DNA from: a virus
Taxonomy: Duplodnaviria; Caudoviricetes
Virus record (IMG/VR): IMGVR_UViG_3300025653_000069
Location: 1-43,197 of that record
Strand: one strand, 5' to 3'
DNA: 43,197 bases
The notes beneath the pieces were generated by a model. The model was not told the DNA's origin and made no database searches. It saw nothing but the letters and a program-made list of their open reading frames with translations. The translations under genes were made by a program, and so were the position numbers. The stretch's first letter is position 1, and every line of letters starts with the position of its first letter. This document shows positions 15,788 to 25,600 of this stretch, piece by piece.

Positions 15788-16532
15788 AAATCTACCGAAA
15801 AGTTATTACAAGCGTCGCAAAAGTGACGTGACGCTAAGCAAGGACCGAAAGATCTTGGTCCTAAGTGACCTTCACTGCCCTTATCACGACGTAAAAGCCA
15901 TCAACGAGGCGATCTTTTGGGGTCAGTCCTGGGGCGTGGATACGGTCATTCTTCTCGGCGACATCATGGACTTCCATCGTATCAGCCGATATCCGAGCGA
16001 TCCAGACACCCTTTCTTTCGCCAAGGAGATTGAGATTGGGAATCAGATGCTCTTTGCCATCAGAGAGAGCTTTAGGGACGCTGAAATTCACTACATTCAG
16101 GGGAATCACGAGGTCCGCCTGGATGCCTATATTCAGAAAAATGCAAGCGAATTCGCCGACCTGCCTGATCTGCGTTTAGAGAGACTGCTCGACCTGTACG
16201 CTCAAGAGATAAATTGGGTGGAAAATGGGTTCATTCACTGCGGTGACATGAGCTTTATCCATGGTCACGAGATGCGCGGTGTTGGCGGTGTCAACCCCTC
16301 CCGCAAACTCTTCAACAAGATGAAGAAAAGCGCTATCTGTGGGCACCTCCACAGACCGGAAAGCTTTTACACCCGTGACGGAGCAGGTAAGCTGCTTCAG
16401 TGTCACGTTGTAGGACACCTGGGGGACCCAACCCCCAACTATCACCCTCGTAACGACTGGCAGCACGGCTTCGCCCTTGTCGACGTCACCAAGAGGGGCA
16501 ATGTGTATGTGGAAAACCGAACGATCTCATGA
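15780..16532 (+). CDS. Calcineurin-like metallophosphoesterase
   Basis: SDLH, GDIMD, GNHE, HGH and GHLH motifs. Confidence 0.9.
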   Translation: MAENLPKSYYKRRKSDVTLSKDRKILVLSDLHCPYHDVKAINEAIFWGQSWGVDTVILLGDIMDFHRISRYPSDPDTLSFAKEIEIGNQMLFAIRESFRDAEIHYIQGNHEVRLDAYIQKNASEFADLPDLRLERLLDLYAQEINWVENGFIHCGDMSFIHGHEMRGVGGVNPSRKLFNKMKKSAICGHLHRPESFYTRDGAGKLLQCHVVGHLGDPTPNYHPRNDWQHGFALVDVTKRGNVYVENRTIS

Positions 16533-16813
16533 GTGAAGGACTGATTTTTGCCGACGGCTTCGATAGCTGCATCATTGGCATTTTGACTATTGACGACGTG
16601 CCTCGTGTCGTCTACGATAAGTACGCCATGGTGAACTGCCTGAGAGCAGCCGATTCAGACATGTCCTTTGAGGATGCGGTGGAGTTCTTGGAATACAACG
16701 TATGGTATGCTTACGTTGGTGCCGCCACACCTATCTACATGTACACATTTGAGGGATCACCGGAGGAGAAGCGAGGAGACATCCTCGAATACTACTACGA
16801 CACCGTAGAGTAA
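16529..16813 (+). CDS. Hypothetical phage protein
   Basis: ADGFDSCIIG...VVYD...EFLEYN...AYVG..TP. Confidence 0.8.
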   Translation: MSEGLIFADGFDSCIIGILTIDDVPRVVYDKYAMVNCLRAADSDMSFEDAVEFLEYNVWYAYVGAATPIYMYTFEGSPEEKRGDILEYYYDTVE

Positions 16814-16829
16814 TTCTATCCGGGTAGAA
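16814..16829 (+). repeat. Palindrome copy 13 (TTCTATCCGGGTAGAA) at the end of the + arm
   Basis: Directly after the last + strand stop codon. Confidence 0.95.
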
Positions 16830-16856
16830 AAAAGAAGAGGGCAGAAGCCCCCTTCT
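16828..16856 (-). terminator. Intrinsic terminator of the late arm
   Basis: Minus strand AGAAGGGGGC-TTCT-GCCCTCTTCT-TTTTT at the convergence point. Confidence 0.75.
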
Positions 16857-16894
16857 CGACGACCGTAGTCGCCCTTCACCAACCACAATGAAGT

Positions 16895-17302
16895 CTATAG
16901 TACGTCGCTGTCTTCTGAGAAGTAGTTATCAATCTCTGTGATGCAAGCATTTAATCCCTTGCAGATCTCGGCCTTCCAACCCCTATCACGGAGCTTCTTT
17001 TGCCACTCTTTTTGATGCTCACTGGCTCGGCCTGTGGCTGTTTTGACCTCAATAGCTAGTCCAGCATACCCCTTTCTCGGCTCAAAGATCAGCAAGTCCG
17101 GAATACCTTTCTTATAGCCCGCTTGCTTCATCTTTAGGGCCGTGTGCATGGCTACCCTTACTCCGCCTACCGTTGCCGAGTAGAGCGGTGGTATCGCCAT
17201 AGCTTCCAAGTGATCGACAATAAAAACTTGAATATCGTGCTCGGGCGAACCGTTTTTGCGCTTGGGCTTGGCTCCCCGACTTCCTTTTTTTCTGTACTGC
17301 AT
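16895..17302 (-). CDS. VRR-NUC endonuclease
   Basis: EHDIQ...GYKKGIPDL...AIEVKT..GR.SEHQ..W; start uncertain (17302 or 17317). Confidence 0.85.
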   Translation of the reverse strand: MQYRKKGSRGAKPKRKNGSPEHDIQVFIVDHLEAMAIPPLYSATVGGVRVAMHTALKMKQAGYKKGIPDLLIFEPRKGYAGLAIEVKTATGRASEHQKEWQKKLRDRGWKAEICKGLNACITEIDNYFSEDSDVL

Positions 17303-17718
17303 TCTTTTGCAAACCATTTCCGCACGTCGAAGCACGGACATTCCTTCTTTACACCCCTAAAGTCCCTGTGGCCCATCAAAGCCGCCCCCGGGAACTCTTG
17401 CTGAAGGTCTTTAATGAGACCGACCATCGCTTTATTCTGTTCAGGAGTCCTGTTGTCTTCAGGCTCCTTAGAGCCATCCGCCATCCCCCCAACCCACGCG
17501 ATACCGATCGAATTGGAATTGTGACCTTTAACATGGGCGCCAGGTCTCTCAACGGGGCGACCATCTTCGACCGTGCCGTCTCTACGAATGACGTAGTGAT
17601 ACCCGATATCGGTCCATCCTCTCTCTTCGACATGCCATTTTCTAATTTCTTCCACGCCAATATCTAGGCCCGGAGGTGAGTAGGTGCAATGCACCACGAT
17701 TAAGTCAATTCTACGCAT
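17167..17718 (-). CDS. Endolysin, N-acetylmuramoyl-L-alanine amidase (T7 lysozyme-like)
   Basis: IVVHCT, IGYHYVI, GAHVKGHN, GHRD and KECP motifs. Confidence 0.92.
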   Translation of the reverse strand: MRRIDLIVVHCTYSPPGLDIGVEEIRKWHVEERGWTDIGYHYVIRRDGTVEDGRPVERPGAHVKGHNSNSIGIAWVGGMADGSKEPEDNRTPEQNKAMVGLIKDLQQEFPGAALMGHRDFRGVKKECPCFDVRKWFAKECSTEKKEVGEPSPSAKTVRPSTIFKFLLSITWKLWRYHRSTRQR

Positions 17719-17921
17719 CACATACCCTTTTTTGCAAGGAGTATCTTGAGTTCATGGATGCCCTCAACGCACTCTTTCAGCATAGTCTTGAGCTCGTCAT
17801 TGTCACTCTCCAGCCTATAGATTCTGCCCTTGAGCTTTGCCACCTCATTGTTTAGGGAAACCCAGACTCCAACCGCTGCAATGAGCGATGGTAGTAATGT
17901 CAACATATCCTCTAAATTCAT
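17718..17921 (-). CDS. Putative holin (TM plus coiled coil)
   Basis: N-terminal TM segment; immediately upstream of the amidase. Confidence 0.55.
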   Translation of the reverse strand: MNLEDMLTLLPSLIAAVGVWVSLNNEVAKLKGRIYRLESDNDELKTMLKECVEGIHELKILLAKKGM

Positions 17922-18928
17922 CTAAATACCGATACTGTGCCGTTGATCTCTACGGCTTTTGTTGATTGAAAGGTTGTGGCCTTGATAGTCCACACATAAA
18001 CGCCGTCAGGCACGAATGCTTCAAGCCTATTGCCGAGCCACTTATCTCTGGGGTCGTAGCTAACCCACACAATAGTGCCCCACCTGTTGTACACCTTACA
18101 CTCCCATTTCCACCAGCAGTCCGCCTGAGTCACAGGCTTCCAGTAGTCATTGAGCATGTCAGAATTGGGCGTAAACGTGTTTGGGCAGAAAATAAGGGGG
18201 TCATTGCAGTTCTCACCCTCTTCCGGGTAGTATTCGCACGGCCCAACAACAGTGCATTCTGGACAGTAGTTGATAGCCTCCGGGTCTACACAGCCCTGAT
18301 AGATGCAGGAGCCGTCATCTGCGGTAGCTACCTCGTTGTAGTTGTACGCAAACATATCCGTACACCCCTCAACGATGGGCGGAGGCGGAGGGTCACAGGC
18401 GCCATTTAAGGACCACTGAACCCAGTTGTTCCACAGGTTCGTATCTGGGTACGGGAAGCCTGCTAAACCCTCGCAGGAACCGTCTAAACAGCCGCTGTCA
18501 TTGATTTGCCATATCGTGAGCACCAAGCACTCCTCGAAATAGGCACCGCTCTGCATCACATTGATCCAGCAGTCAGCCGTACCGCTCCCGAACGAAGGCA
18601 CTTCGAGAAGGTTGAAGGTAATGGTATCGCCGGTTTGAAGAATACCGTCATCACCCTGTCCAACATCAAAGCCAGGGAAGTCCAGGGGGAAAATCAACAG
18701 CGCCCATCCATTGTCGTAGAAGCAGGGGAACTGCGTCTGCACATCCTCGATCGGCGGCTGAAAAGTCAGGGCCAGCAAGAATTCACCGATAGAGTCGTTT
18801 TCGGTGCCACAATACGCCCCGTTTACAGCGATTGTCACGTCCGTAGAGATGGGGTTGAACCCAATAATCTCCATATCGCACTGCCCATAGGACAGCAGGG
18901 GTATCAGGAACCACAGCAACCTCTTCAT
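17918..18928 (-). CDS. Secreted protein with a T9SS type B (gliding-motility-associated) C-terminal domain
   Basis: Signal peptide MKRLLWFLIPLLSYG-Q; GCTD..AYNY repeats; PNTFTPNSD.LND...YNRWG...PDGVYVW...GTVSVFR. Confidence 0.85.
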   Translation of the reverse strand: MKRLLWFLIPLLSYGQCDMEIIGFNPISTDVTIAVNGAYCGTENDSIGEFLLALTFQPPIEDVQTQFPCFYDNGWALLIFPLDFPGFDVGQGDDGILQTGDTITFNLLEVPSFGSGTADCWINVMQSGAYFEECLVLTIWQINDSGCLDGSCEGLAGFPYPDTNLWNNWVQWSLNGACDPPPPPIVEGCTDMFAYNYNEVATADDGSCIYQGCVDPEAINYCPECTVVGPCEYYPEEGENCNDPLIFCPNTFTPNSDMLNDYWKPVTQADCWWKWECKVYNRWGTIVWVSYDPRDKWLGNRLEAFVPDGVYVWTIKATTFQSTKAVEINGTVSVFR

Positions 18929-20829
18929 TGCACAAATACTTTCTTGGTGAAACGCTTCCACTTCAGGATGTACACCCCTGTAGGGAGCTCATCGAAGGGC
19001 TTATCGACCTTTCGGCCCGTGATGTCATAGATGCGGGGAGGTGCAGTCGGAAAGAACTGCTGAGGACTGTAAACAAAGGTCTTGTAAGTACCTGCTGAGA
19101 AGTCATCCTCCACGGGGCAATCGCCGACATTCCAGAGCATATACAGGAGGTCCCTGACGTCGACGGTCCCGTCCTGATTGGGGTCTACTGGGCAGTATTC
19201 ACAACCCATATAGCTCAACATCACGAGGATGTCACCATTCCCAATGGTTCCGTTGCCATCGTAGTCCATATCACACTGAGGCAAGCTGTTGCAGAAAGTG
19301 TACTCCCACACATCAAAAGATGCGCCGAATCCAGTTTCAAACACTACCTGCCCATTGATTTTACCCGTGATGCCATTCCCCCCAATGTCGCAAGAGCCGT
19401 CATTTCCGAAGTCGATAGCGCAAAAACCATCCCCATTGGTGTCTGTGATGACGACATCGTAGCACTCGTCATACACGCACGTTTCGTAGTAGAAGGACTG
19501 ACCGCCTCCGATGCTGTAGCCATCATCCCCAATAACAACCTCCCCTGTGGGGTCGTAAATATTCCAAGAGGTCTCATTGGCCCACGTATCAGGTTCAACA
19601 GTGATCTCCATCAGACTACCGACCTGCGTGGAGATAGGCCAAAACGCGTAGTCATTGTCTGGGTACTGATCCTGCCCACTGATTGTCTGAACCTCAAACT
19701 GAGAAGCGTCCTCAACATAGACCTGCTCAAACAGAACAGACTGCACTCCAACCCCCATATCGTATATGTACTCAGTGTACTGCTCACCGTTACAGAAGAG
19801 CTGAACCTCCACGATGTCAAGAGTTAGAGTACCTTGATTGAAAACATCAACCCAGATATCTTGGTAAGGAGTACACCATTCCTCCTGATAAAGCGCTGTG
19901 CCGGCGGTCACATCGTAGTCAACGACAGGCACGCAAGAGAGGTTGTCCGTCAATGCAGCCCTAACCGTCTGGAGCTGCTCGTGCATACGCTCGGCCTGAC
20001 CCACAGTGAAGCTCTCCTTACAGGTCTCTGGGGTGTAGTCCATGAAATTCTCCACCAACGCATCCGGACAAGACGTGTTGCTGCATGCGTAATTTGTCAG
20101 AGTCACAGGAGTGTCACAAACCTGGTCGCCCTGCGTCTCGCAGTTTGTCTCTACGCAGTCGTTCGTGTTAGAGAACGTGTGATACAGTGACAGGTGATGC
20201 CCGATCTCGTGAACCCCCGTGAACCCCAGCTCACGACCGGGCTTCAGCGTGCCCACGGTACCCGTAACGTTGTACAGGCACACGACACCATCACGACAGT
20301 CATTCGTTGGGCCTAAATAGGCAAAGCCCTGGACACCATTGCCCCCATCGTTGCCGTTGATTTCCGACACGATGTAGTAGTTGATGTACTCATCGGGATT
20401 CCAGCATCCGGATTCGTACTTGACCTGAAACTGATCTGCCCCTGCACCCTGACCATTGCTGATCCCGTTGGTCAGGTAGTCATTGTTGTAGCTCATATCA
20501 GTCCTCGTAATCCCGTTGGTAGGGTTGCCCTCGGGGTCACGAACGGCCATGCAGAACTGAATCTTGCTCTCCTCGAACTCCTCGTTTAAGACGTCGAGCT
20601 GAGAGAGCACCTGCTCGTCGGAAATGTTGCTCTCTGACGTAGATCCCGTATGAACAATATGAAAAACAACCGGTAATGTTTGCACCTCAACCTCGTCCAA
20701 ATCCACCTCTACCCGCGCCGCGTCAAGCCCCATGATTTTAGGACCCATGAGGATGGAGCATTCCTCTTGAGCCATGATTGCGTTAAAGAAAAGTGTGAGT
20801 AGAGATAGAACTACGAGGTTTTTAATCAT
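18925..20829 (-). CDS. Secreted M43 (pappalysin/ulilysin-like) zinc metalloprotease with dockerin-like repeats and a T9SS type A-like CTD
   Basis: Signal peptide; HEIGHHLSLYHTF; NFMDY Met-turn; DYDGNGTI/DPNQDGTV; IYDITGRKV...PTGVYIL...TKKVFVQ. Confidence 0.88.
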   Translation of the reverse strand: MIKNLVVLSLLTLFFNAIMAQEECSILMGPKIMGLDAARVEVDLDEVEVQTLPVVFHIVHTGSTSESNISDEQVLSQLDVLNEEFEESKIQFCMAVRDPEGNPTNGITRTDMSYNNDYLTNGISNGQGAGADQFQVKYESGCWNPDEYINYYIVSEINGNDGGNGVQGFAYLGPTNDCRDGVVCLYNVTGTVGTLKPGRELGFTGVHEIGHHLSLYHTFSNTNDCVETNCETQGDQVCDTPVTLTNYACSNTSCPDALVENFMDYTPETCKESFTVGQAERMHEQLQTVRAALTDNLSCVPVVDYDVTAGTALYQEEWCTPYQDIWVDVFNQGTLTLDIVEVQLFCNGEQYTEYIYDMGVGVQSVLFEQVYVEDASQFEVQTISGQDQYPDNDYAFWPISTQVGSLMEITVEPDTWANETSWNIYDPTGEVVIGDDGYSIGGGQSFYYETCVYDECYDVVITDTNGDGFCAIDFGNDGSCDIGGNGITGKINGQVVFETGFGASFDVWEYTFCNSLPQCDMDYDGNGTIGNGDILVMLSYMGCEYCPVDPNQDGTVDVRDLLYMLWNVGDCPVEDDFSAGTYKTFVYSPQQFFPTAPPRIYDITGRKVDKPFDELPTGVYILKWKRFTKKVFVQ

Positions 20830-20960
20830 TCTTCAAGATTTTCTGTTTGATCCCACATAGAGTTGATGGCGCCGATGATTTGGTTCAGCGTCGTGATGAC
20901 TTCGGAAAGGCTTGCCTTGCTGTCAAGCTTCGTGAGTGGTACGTTTTCTGGGTTTTTCAT
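20826..20960 (-). CDS. 44-aa hypothetical protein
   Basis: MKNPENVPLTKLDSKASLSEVITTLNQIIGAIN...; coupled at both ends; not in the track. Confidence 0.65.
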   Translation of the reverse strand: MKNPENVPLTKLDSKASLSEVITTLNQIIGAINSMWDQTENLEE

Positions 20961-22594
20961 TAGTCAACCATGTAGACGGTGAAGTTTGCGTACATATATG
21001 TAGTCCCGTTGATACCGGTGGTGTTTCTGTGCTCTGGCAGTACGAGGATGTAGTCGTCCGTGATCGCAGCGGATGTTGTAAACGACCCATGGTAGTGGGC
21101 GATTGAGCTAGTATTCACTGCATGGTCAGAGCTCTCGCCTCGGTAGGTGTAGGTGGTAGACCCGCTCGAACCCGATGTCGCAGCATTGGCACTCCAAATA
21201 CTAAATCCAAACGGTGTGCCTGAAGTCACCGAAGGACTGCCGTAGATTCGGAAGTCGTAGTCGAGGCGTACCTTCTTTGTGGAGTAAGGGTTCTTGATGG
21301 CGTAAGCGATGAGCAGGTAGCTACTCATAGACACACTCGTAGTACCCGCCACCTCGGTTCCAGAATAAGTACGGATGGCAAGCTGCCCAGGCTCTGACGT
21401 AAAGTTGTACCAGTTGAACGGGCCGTAGCTCGTGCTACCAGTGTACACCCTTTCGTTGTTGTCAGTCGAGGCCCACTGATACCTACCCGAGATGGTGGTC
21501 AGTGGGGTGATAGGGTCTGAACCTCCCGCCGTATCGAACGAGAGGTTGCCACTACCGTCCGTCTTCAGGAACTGTCCCGAGGTGCCGTCAGCAGAAGGCA
21601 GCGTGTAGGTCGTGTCAGCAGACAAGGCGTCTGGAGCCTTAATCGTGATGGCGTTATTGCCATTGAGAGGCCGCTCCAAGAACTTCGCCTGGCCGCCGCT
21701 GGTTTTATTTGAAAGCCCAAGAGGGAGGGTGACGTTTACCTGCGAAGCAGACGCATCGAACTGAAGGGCGATGACAGCGCCATTCTTGAGGTTGAAGTCG
21801 TTACCATTGGTGTTGAGGTTCCTGTCTCCTGCGAAATCGTATGTCTCAACATCGAACGGGATGTCAGGGGTGTTTGTGAGATCGTCATAGTCACCGCTAA
21901 TTGCAGCGTCAGACAGGCGACTTTCATCGTTCCCAAGGCCCTGGATCATGATTGCCCCTTGAGGGGCTGCTCTTGAATTAAGGGCAATAGCCACCTCCTG
22001 AACGATATTGTTGCCAGTAGGTATAGTGGCGGTAAGACCTCCTGTTGGCGCCACGTAGAGCTGATCCCCCGTGGAGAAGCTGTCTGTATCCATCTTATCA
22101 AGCAGTCCAAAGGCCACGGCCTTACCTGACAAACCATTGGCGATATCTTCCTGCAAGATGTACTGAGCGGGCATCTTGGCGGAGTTGTCGGCACGAGCAA
22201 GCTCAACCTCCAAAATGTCATTAAGACCATCGTAAGACTTGAACACCACGGGGTCTCCCTTGGACAGCGCTGACCCATGGTCGTTCTTGACTTCTATAGC
22301 CACACCGCTTGGATAGGGCAGCCCAATATTCAGCAGGTCGTTGTTGAGGTTCGACACCGTAGTAGCTCTGTCTGTGCCCCAATTCGTAATGCCATCATCC
22401 TGGAAAATCCTGTCCCAATCCAAGTCATAGACTAGATAAGTAGACAGGTTTTCGGAAAACTTGATGTGTACAGTGTCCGCGCTCTCACCATTGGTTGCGA
22501 TCAGATCGCCATCAGCATCGTACAGGCGTAAATTACCCTTGGGGTCATAAAACACAACTTTGCCATTCTTCTCGTAAAACTTTAATACACCCAT
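20960..22594 (-). CDS. Tail fibre / receptor-binding protein
   Basis: LPSADGTSGQFLKTDGSGNLSF fibre motif; position after the tail genes. Confidence 0.75.
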   Translation of the reverse strand: MGVLKFYEKNGKVVFYDPKGNLRLYDADGDLIATNGESADTVHIKFSENLSTYLVYDLDWDRIFQDDGITNWGTDRATTVSNLNNDLLNIGLPYPSGVAIEVKNDHGSALSKGDPVVFKSYDGLNDILEVELARADNSAKMPAQYILQEDIANGLSGKAVAFGLLDKMDTDSFSTGDQLYVAPTGGLTATIPTGNNIVQEVAIALNSRAAPQGAIMIQGLGNDESRLSDAAISGDYDDLTNTPDIPFDVETYDFAGDRNLNTNGNDFNLKNGAVIALQFDASASQVNVTLPLGLSNKTSGGQAKFLERPLNGNNAITIKAPDALSADTTYTLPSADGTSGQFLKTDGSGNLSFDTAGGSDPITPLTTISGRYQWASTDNNERVYTGSTSYGPFNWYNFTSEPGQLAIRTYSGTEVAGTTSVSMSSYLLIAYAIKNPYSTKKVRLDYDFRIYGSPSVTSGTPFGFSIWSANAATSGSSGSTTYTYRGESSDHAVNTSSIAHYHGSFTTSAAITDDYILVLPEHRNTTGINGTTYMYANFTVYMVD

Positions 22595-22601
22595 GGCTAT
22601 C

Positions 22602-25600
22602 TTATGAGGTTACAGATTGCATTTTTACAGTAAAGCGAATTGCGCCAAAATTAAAAAGGGTGTCATCAAGAGAGCTCGGAGCAACGCCTAGCCTGACCTG
22701 TATCTTTTCAATATCCGAGCCCGCCAGAGGCACGTCTACAACCGAAGAAACACCAGCACCAAATACGTCAGTCCACGAGTAAGTTTTAGACCCGGGTAGA
22801 ACGCTGACCACGGTAGCTATCACCCGGATCTGCTCCTGAAGAAGAGTTCCGGAGCTGTCGAATGTCCTTACATTCGCTACAATCTTCTTCTCTTGACCTG
22901 CGACGCTGTCCTGCGCATAAAAATGAGGATTGTTGGTGTTTCCTTTAGCGGAGATAACAACTTTCTTCTGAGTCCAAGATGTAATAGGATACTGAGGGTT
23001 GGTACCACTCACAAACTCTACTGTATTGGCGGGTGTCTCATCGCTGCCATAGGTGTTTACGGAGACCCCTCCCGTAACAACTGTGCCGACATCAGCGTCA
23101 TCCCAGTTAAAGTATTGAGGCAGTACGTCAGTTGCGTCGTAAAAACTTAGCATCTCATTTAAATAGTTAGAGTTATCAATAGGAACCTCTGTTGAGGAAA
23201 ATGCTCCGTTGTCACCGACATAAACAGTTCCGTAGAGAACCAAAAAATCCAGCAAGTCTGCACTTCCAACAGAACCGTCATCATTGAAGTCACCAAGCAC
23301 GCCAGATGTAGTTCCTTCATAGTCGGCAACGTCAGCAATGTATCCGTCATTCTCCATGTCCTGAAGGCCACCCTGGACGATGCCTTGAAACATTTGCTGT
23401 ACCGTAAACTGCTTTAGCCCCGTATATCCTGCAACATCGCTTTCCACAACAAGGGTGAGGAGTTCAGGGTTCTCTGCGATGACCGTCACAGGGTCCGCGA
23501 CGCCATCATCACGAGCTACTTGCGGGAGTTCCTGAATATCCTGGATCGTTGGTGTGTCACCCTCCAATGCCAGGTTAGCAGTGCGGCCAAATCCAGGGAA
23601 TGAGACCTTGTCGTTGTTGTCGGCTACATTGTCGCGGAGGGTGTCGAGGTTCGTGTCGGAAGAGACGGTTAGGTGGTCGACTTTTGCGAACTGAGTCGCC
23701 GTACCAAACTTATTGGTCGTGCCCTGAGAAACCTTGTCTGCATCGAATACCGTGCTGCCTGTATTTACCGTAATACCAGTAACCTCACCGCTATCCTCGT
23801 CAATGGTGATGTTGTTGGTGACATTGCGAGACTGAAATACGGGGCGAATGACGTCCACACCCGTAGGCAACCCGATGACGCCGCCGAAACCTCGACTTGG
23901 ACGACCAGTGTAATCCAAGATAGTGGTATCGAGATTTCTCTCCTTACCGACGACGAGGAACTCTCCCTGCACGCCCTCGTTCATAGTCCATGTGTAAGAC
24001 ATAGGCATCAGAACCTCCTGCTCACTCTTGTCATCACGAAGCTGATCCGTGAGGATGCACATGAAAGGGTTCTTCAGCATCATGTAGCTGTTGCTGCCAC
24101 CGGTTACGTTCTTGGGTTTGATAGACAACGAGTAGTACGGAATCGTTTGACCGAATATCTCCAAGAAGCTCTCGGCAACATAGCCGTGTAGTGAGTCGTA
24201 TTCCGTGTTAGGAATTGCGCTAAGCTCGGGACCCCTATGACCCTTCCACTTGCACTTCTGTGTAAACTCTTCAGGGCTCACAAAGTCATCTATCGTGAAC
24301 CCGTCCTTGACCTTGAGCTCTAGCACATTGTTGATGTGGGTGTTGCTATAAGCAATACGAGAACCCAAGCGAGACGAACCCAGATTTAAGATCTCGTAAC
24401 CATCACCGCCTGTAACCTTCGTCACCAAGTCACTGGTCTCGCTGCCATCACCCTGAGTGACGCGCAAGCCAGTCATATGGATGTAGTCAGGTGATTCACC
24501 ATACGTCGCTTCTGTACTTGGAGGTGTTCCTACGCTACCTGTTCCGTCTGCATTCTCACTCCTCCATGTTGGATTCTCGTTTGACCATTCAGTGTAATTC
24601 CCCACACCACCTGGGCCCGTATAATTCGGGCGAGGACCGTTCTGCGGCTTAAACAAGGAGAAACCCATCTCAATATAGAACTCCTCAAACGACAGGGTGG
24701 CATCATTATCACCATAAGGGAGTTCAAAGTCGAGGACGTCCCTAAACCAGTAGTGCCATGTTCCGGAACCGGCACCTACCTCTTTGAGTATGACTCCGGC
24801 ACCGTCATTGTCACCCTTAATTTTCGTGCCAATAGGAGCGTATGAAAGCTGACCATCGTACTCCTGTGTCAAAGGATAGAGCGTAGCTCCATAGCCATCT
24901 CCGCTATTATCACTGTCCCCATGAGGTATAATAACCTCAAACCATCCGTCGTCGTCGTAGTCGGCGTGGTCGTCTTTGAGCCACTCTACCTCATTGTAAA
25001 GCTTGCGAAAGTAAGCCTTGTCCCCTGCACTGGTAATCCCCTCTTCGATTGTGATATAATCCTGAGAACCATTACTGGATACATGGGTGTGAACGGTTCG
25101 GCTTAGCCTGTAACCCACATCATCCGTTGTAGTGAACTGAACCCTAAAACGAGCAATAAGTACTGATCCCACAAGACGATCAGACGTCTGCTGCAAACGA
25201 GGGGGAGGATGAGAGAGTTTTACGTTACCACCGAAATTGACTCGAATGGATTCGCCACTGGCAAGCTCTAGGTCACTTGTAGTAGTTGGTTCAAAGCCCA
25301 GATACCCTGTTCTATCTACGTGAGACTTGTAGAATGGCAAGTCTACAACAGGCACAGGAGCCTCATTTGTGCTGTTCCTAAAGTTCAAGAACAGGTCGTC
25401 GCGAATACCGTCAATGGAAATGTCACCGCCCTGAATAGACATCGAACCACCCCCGGATGCCTGAACAAAAGACTGATAGAGAAAAGCGTTGTCCAGGTTT
25501 ACAAAAGAGATGTTTGGATTCACAAAGTATCCATAAGCAGCCAGGTAGTCGCTACCACCTTCTTCGTGAGTAAGGTTGACCTGTGCAATAGGAAGCGTCC

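Noticed and set aside
22786-22801. Further palindrome copy (TTAGACCCGGGTAGAA)
   Set aside because: Two mismatches break the stem and it lies in coding sequence; may be chance
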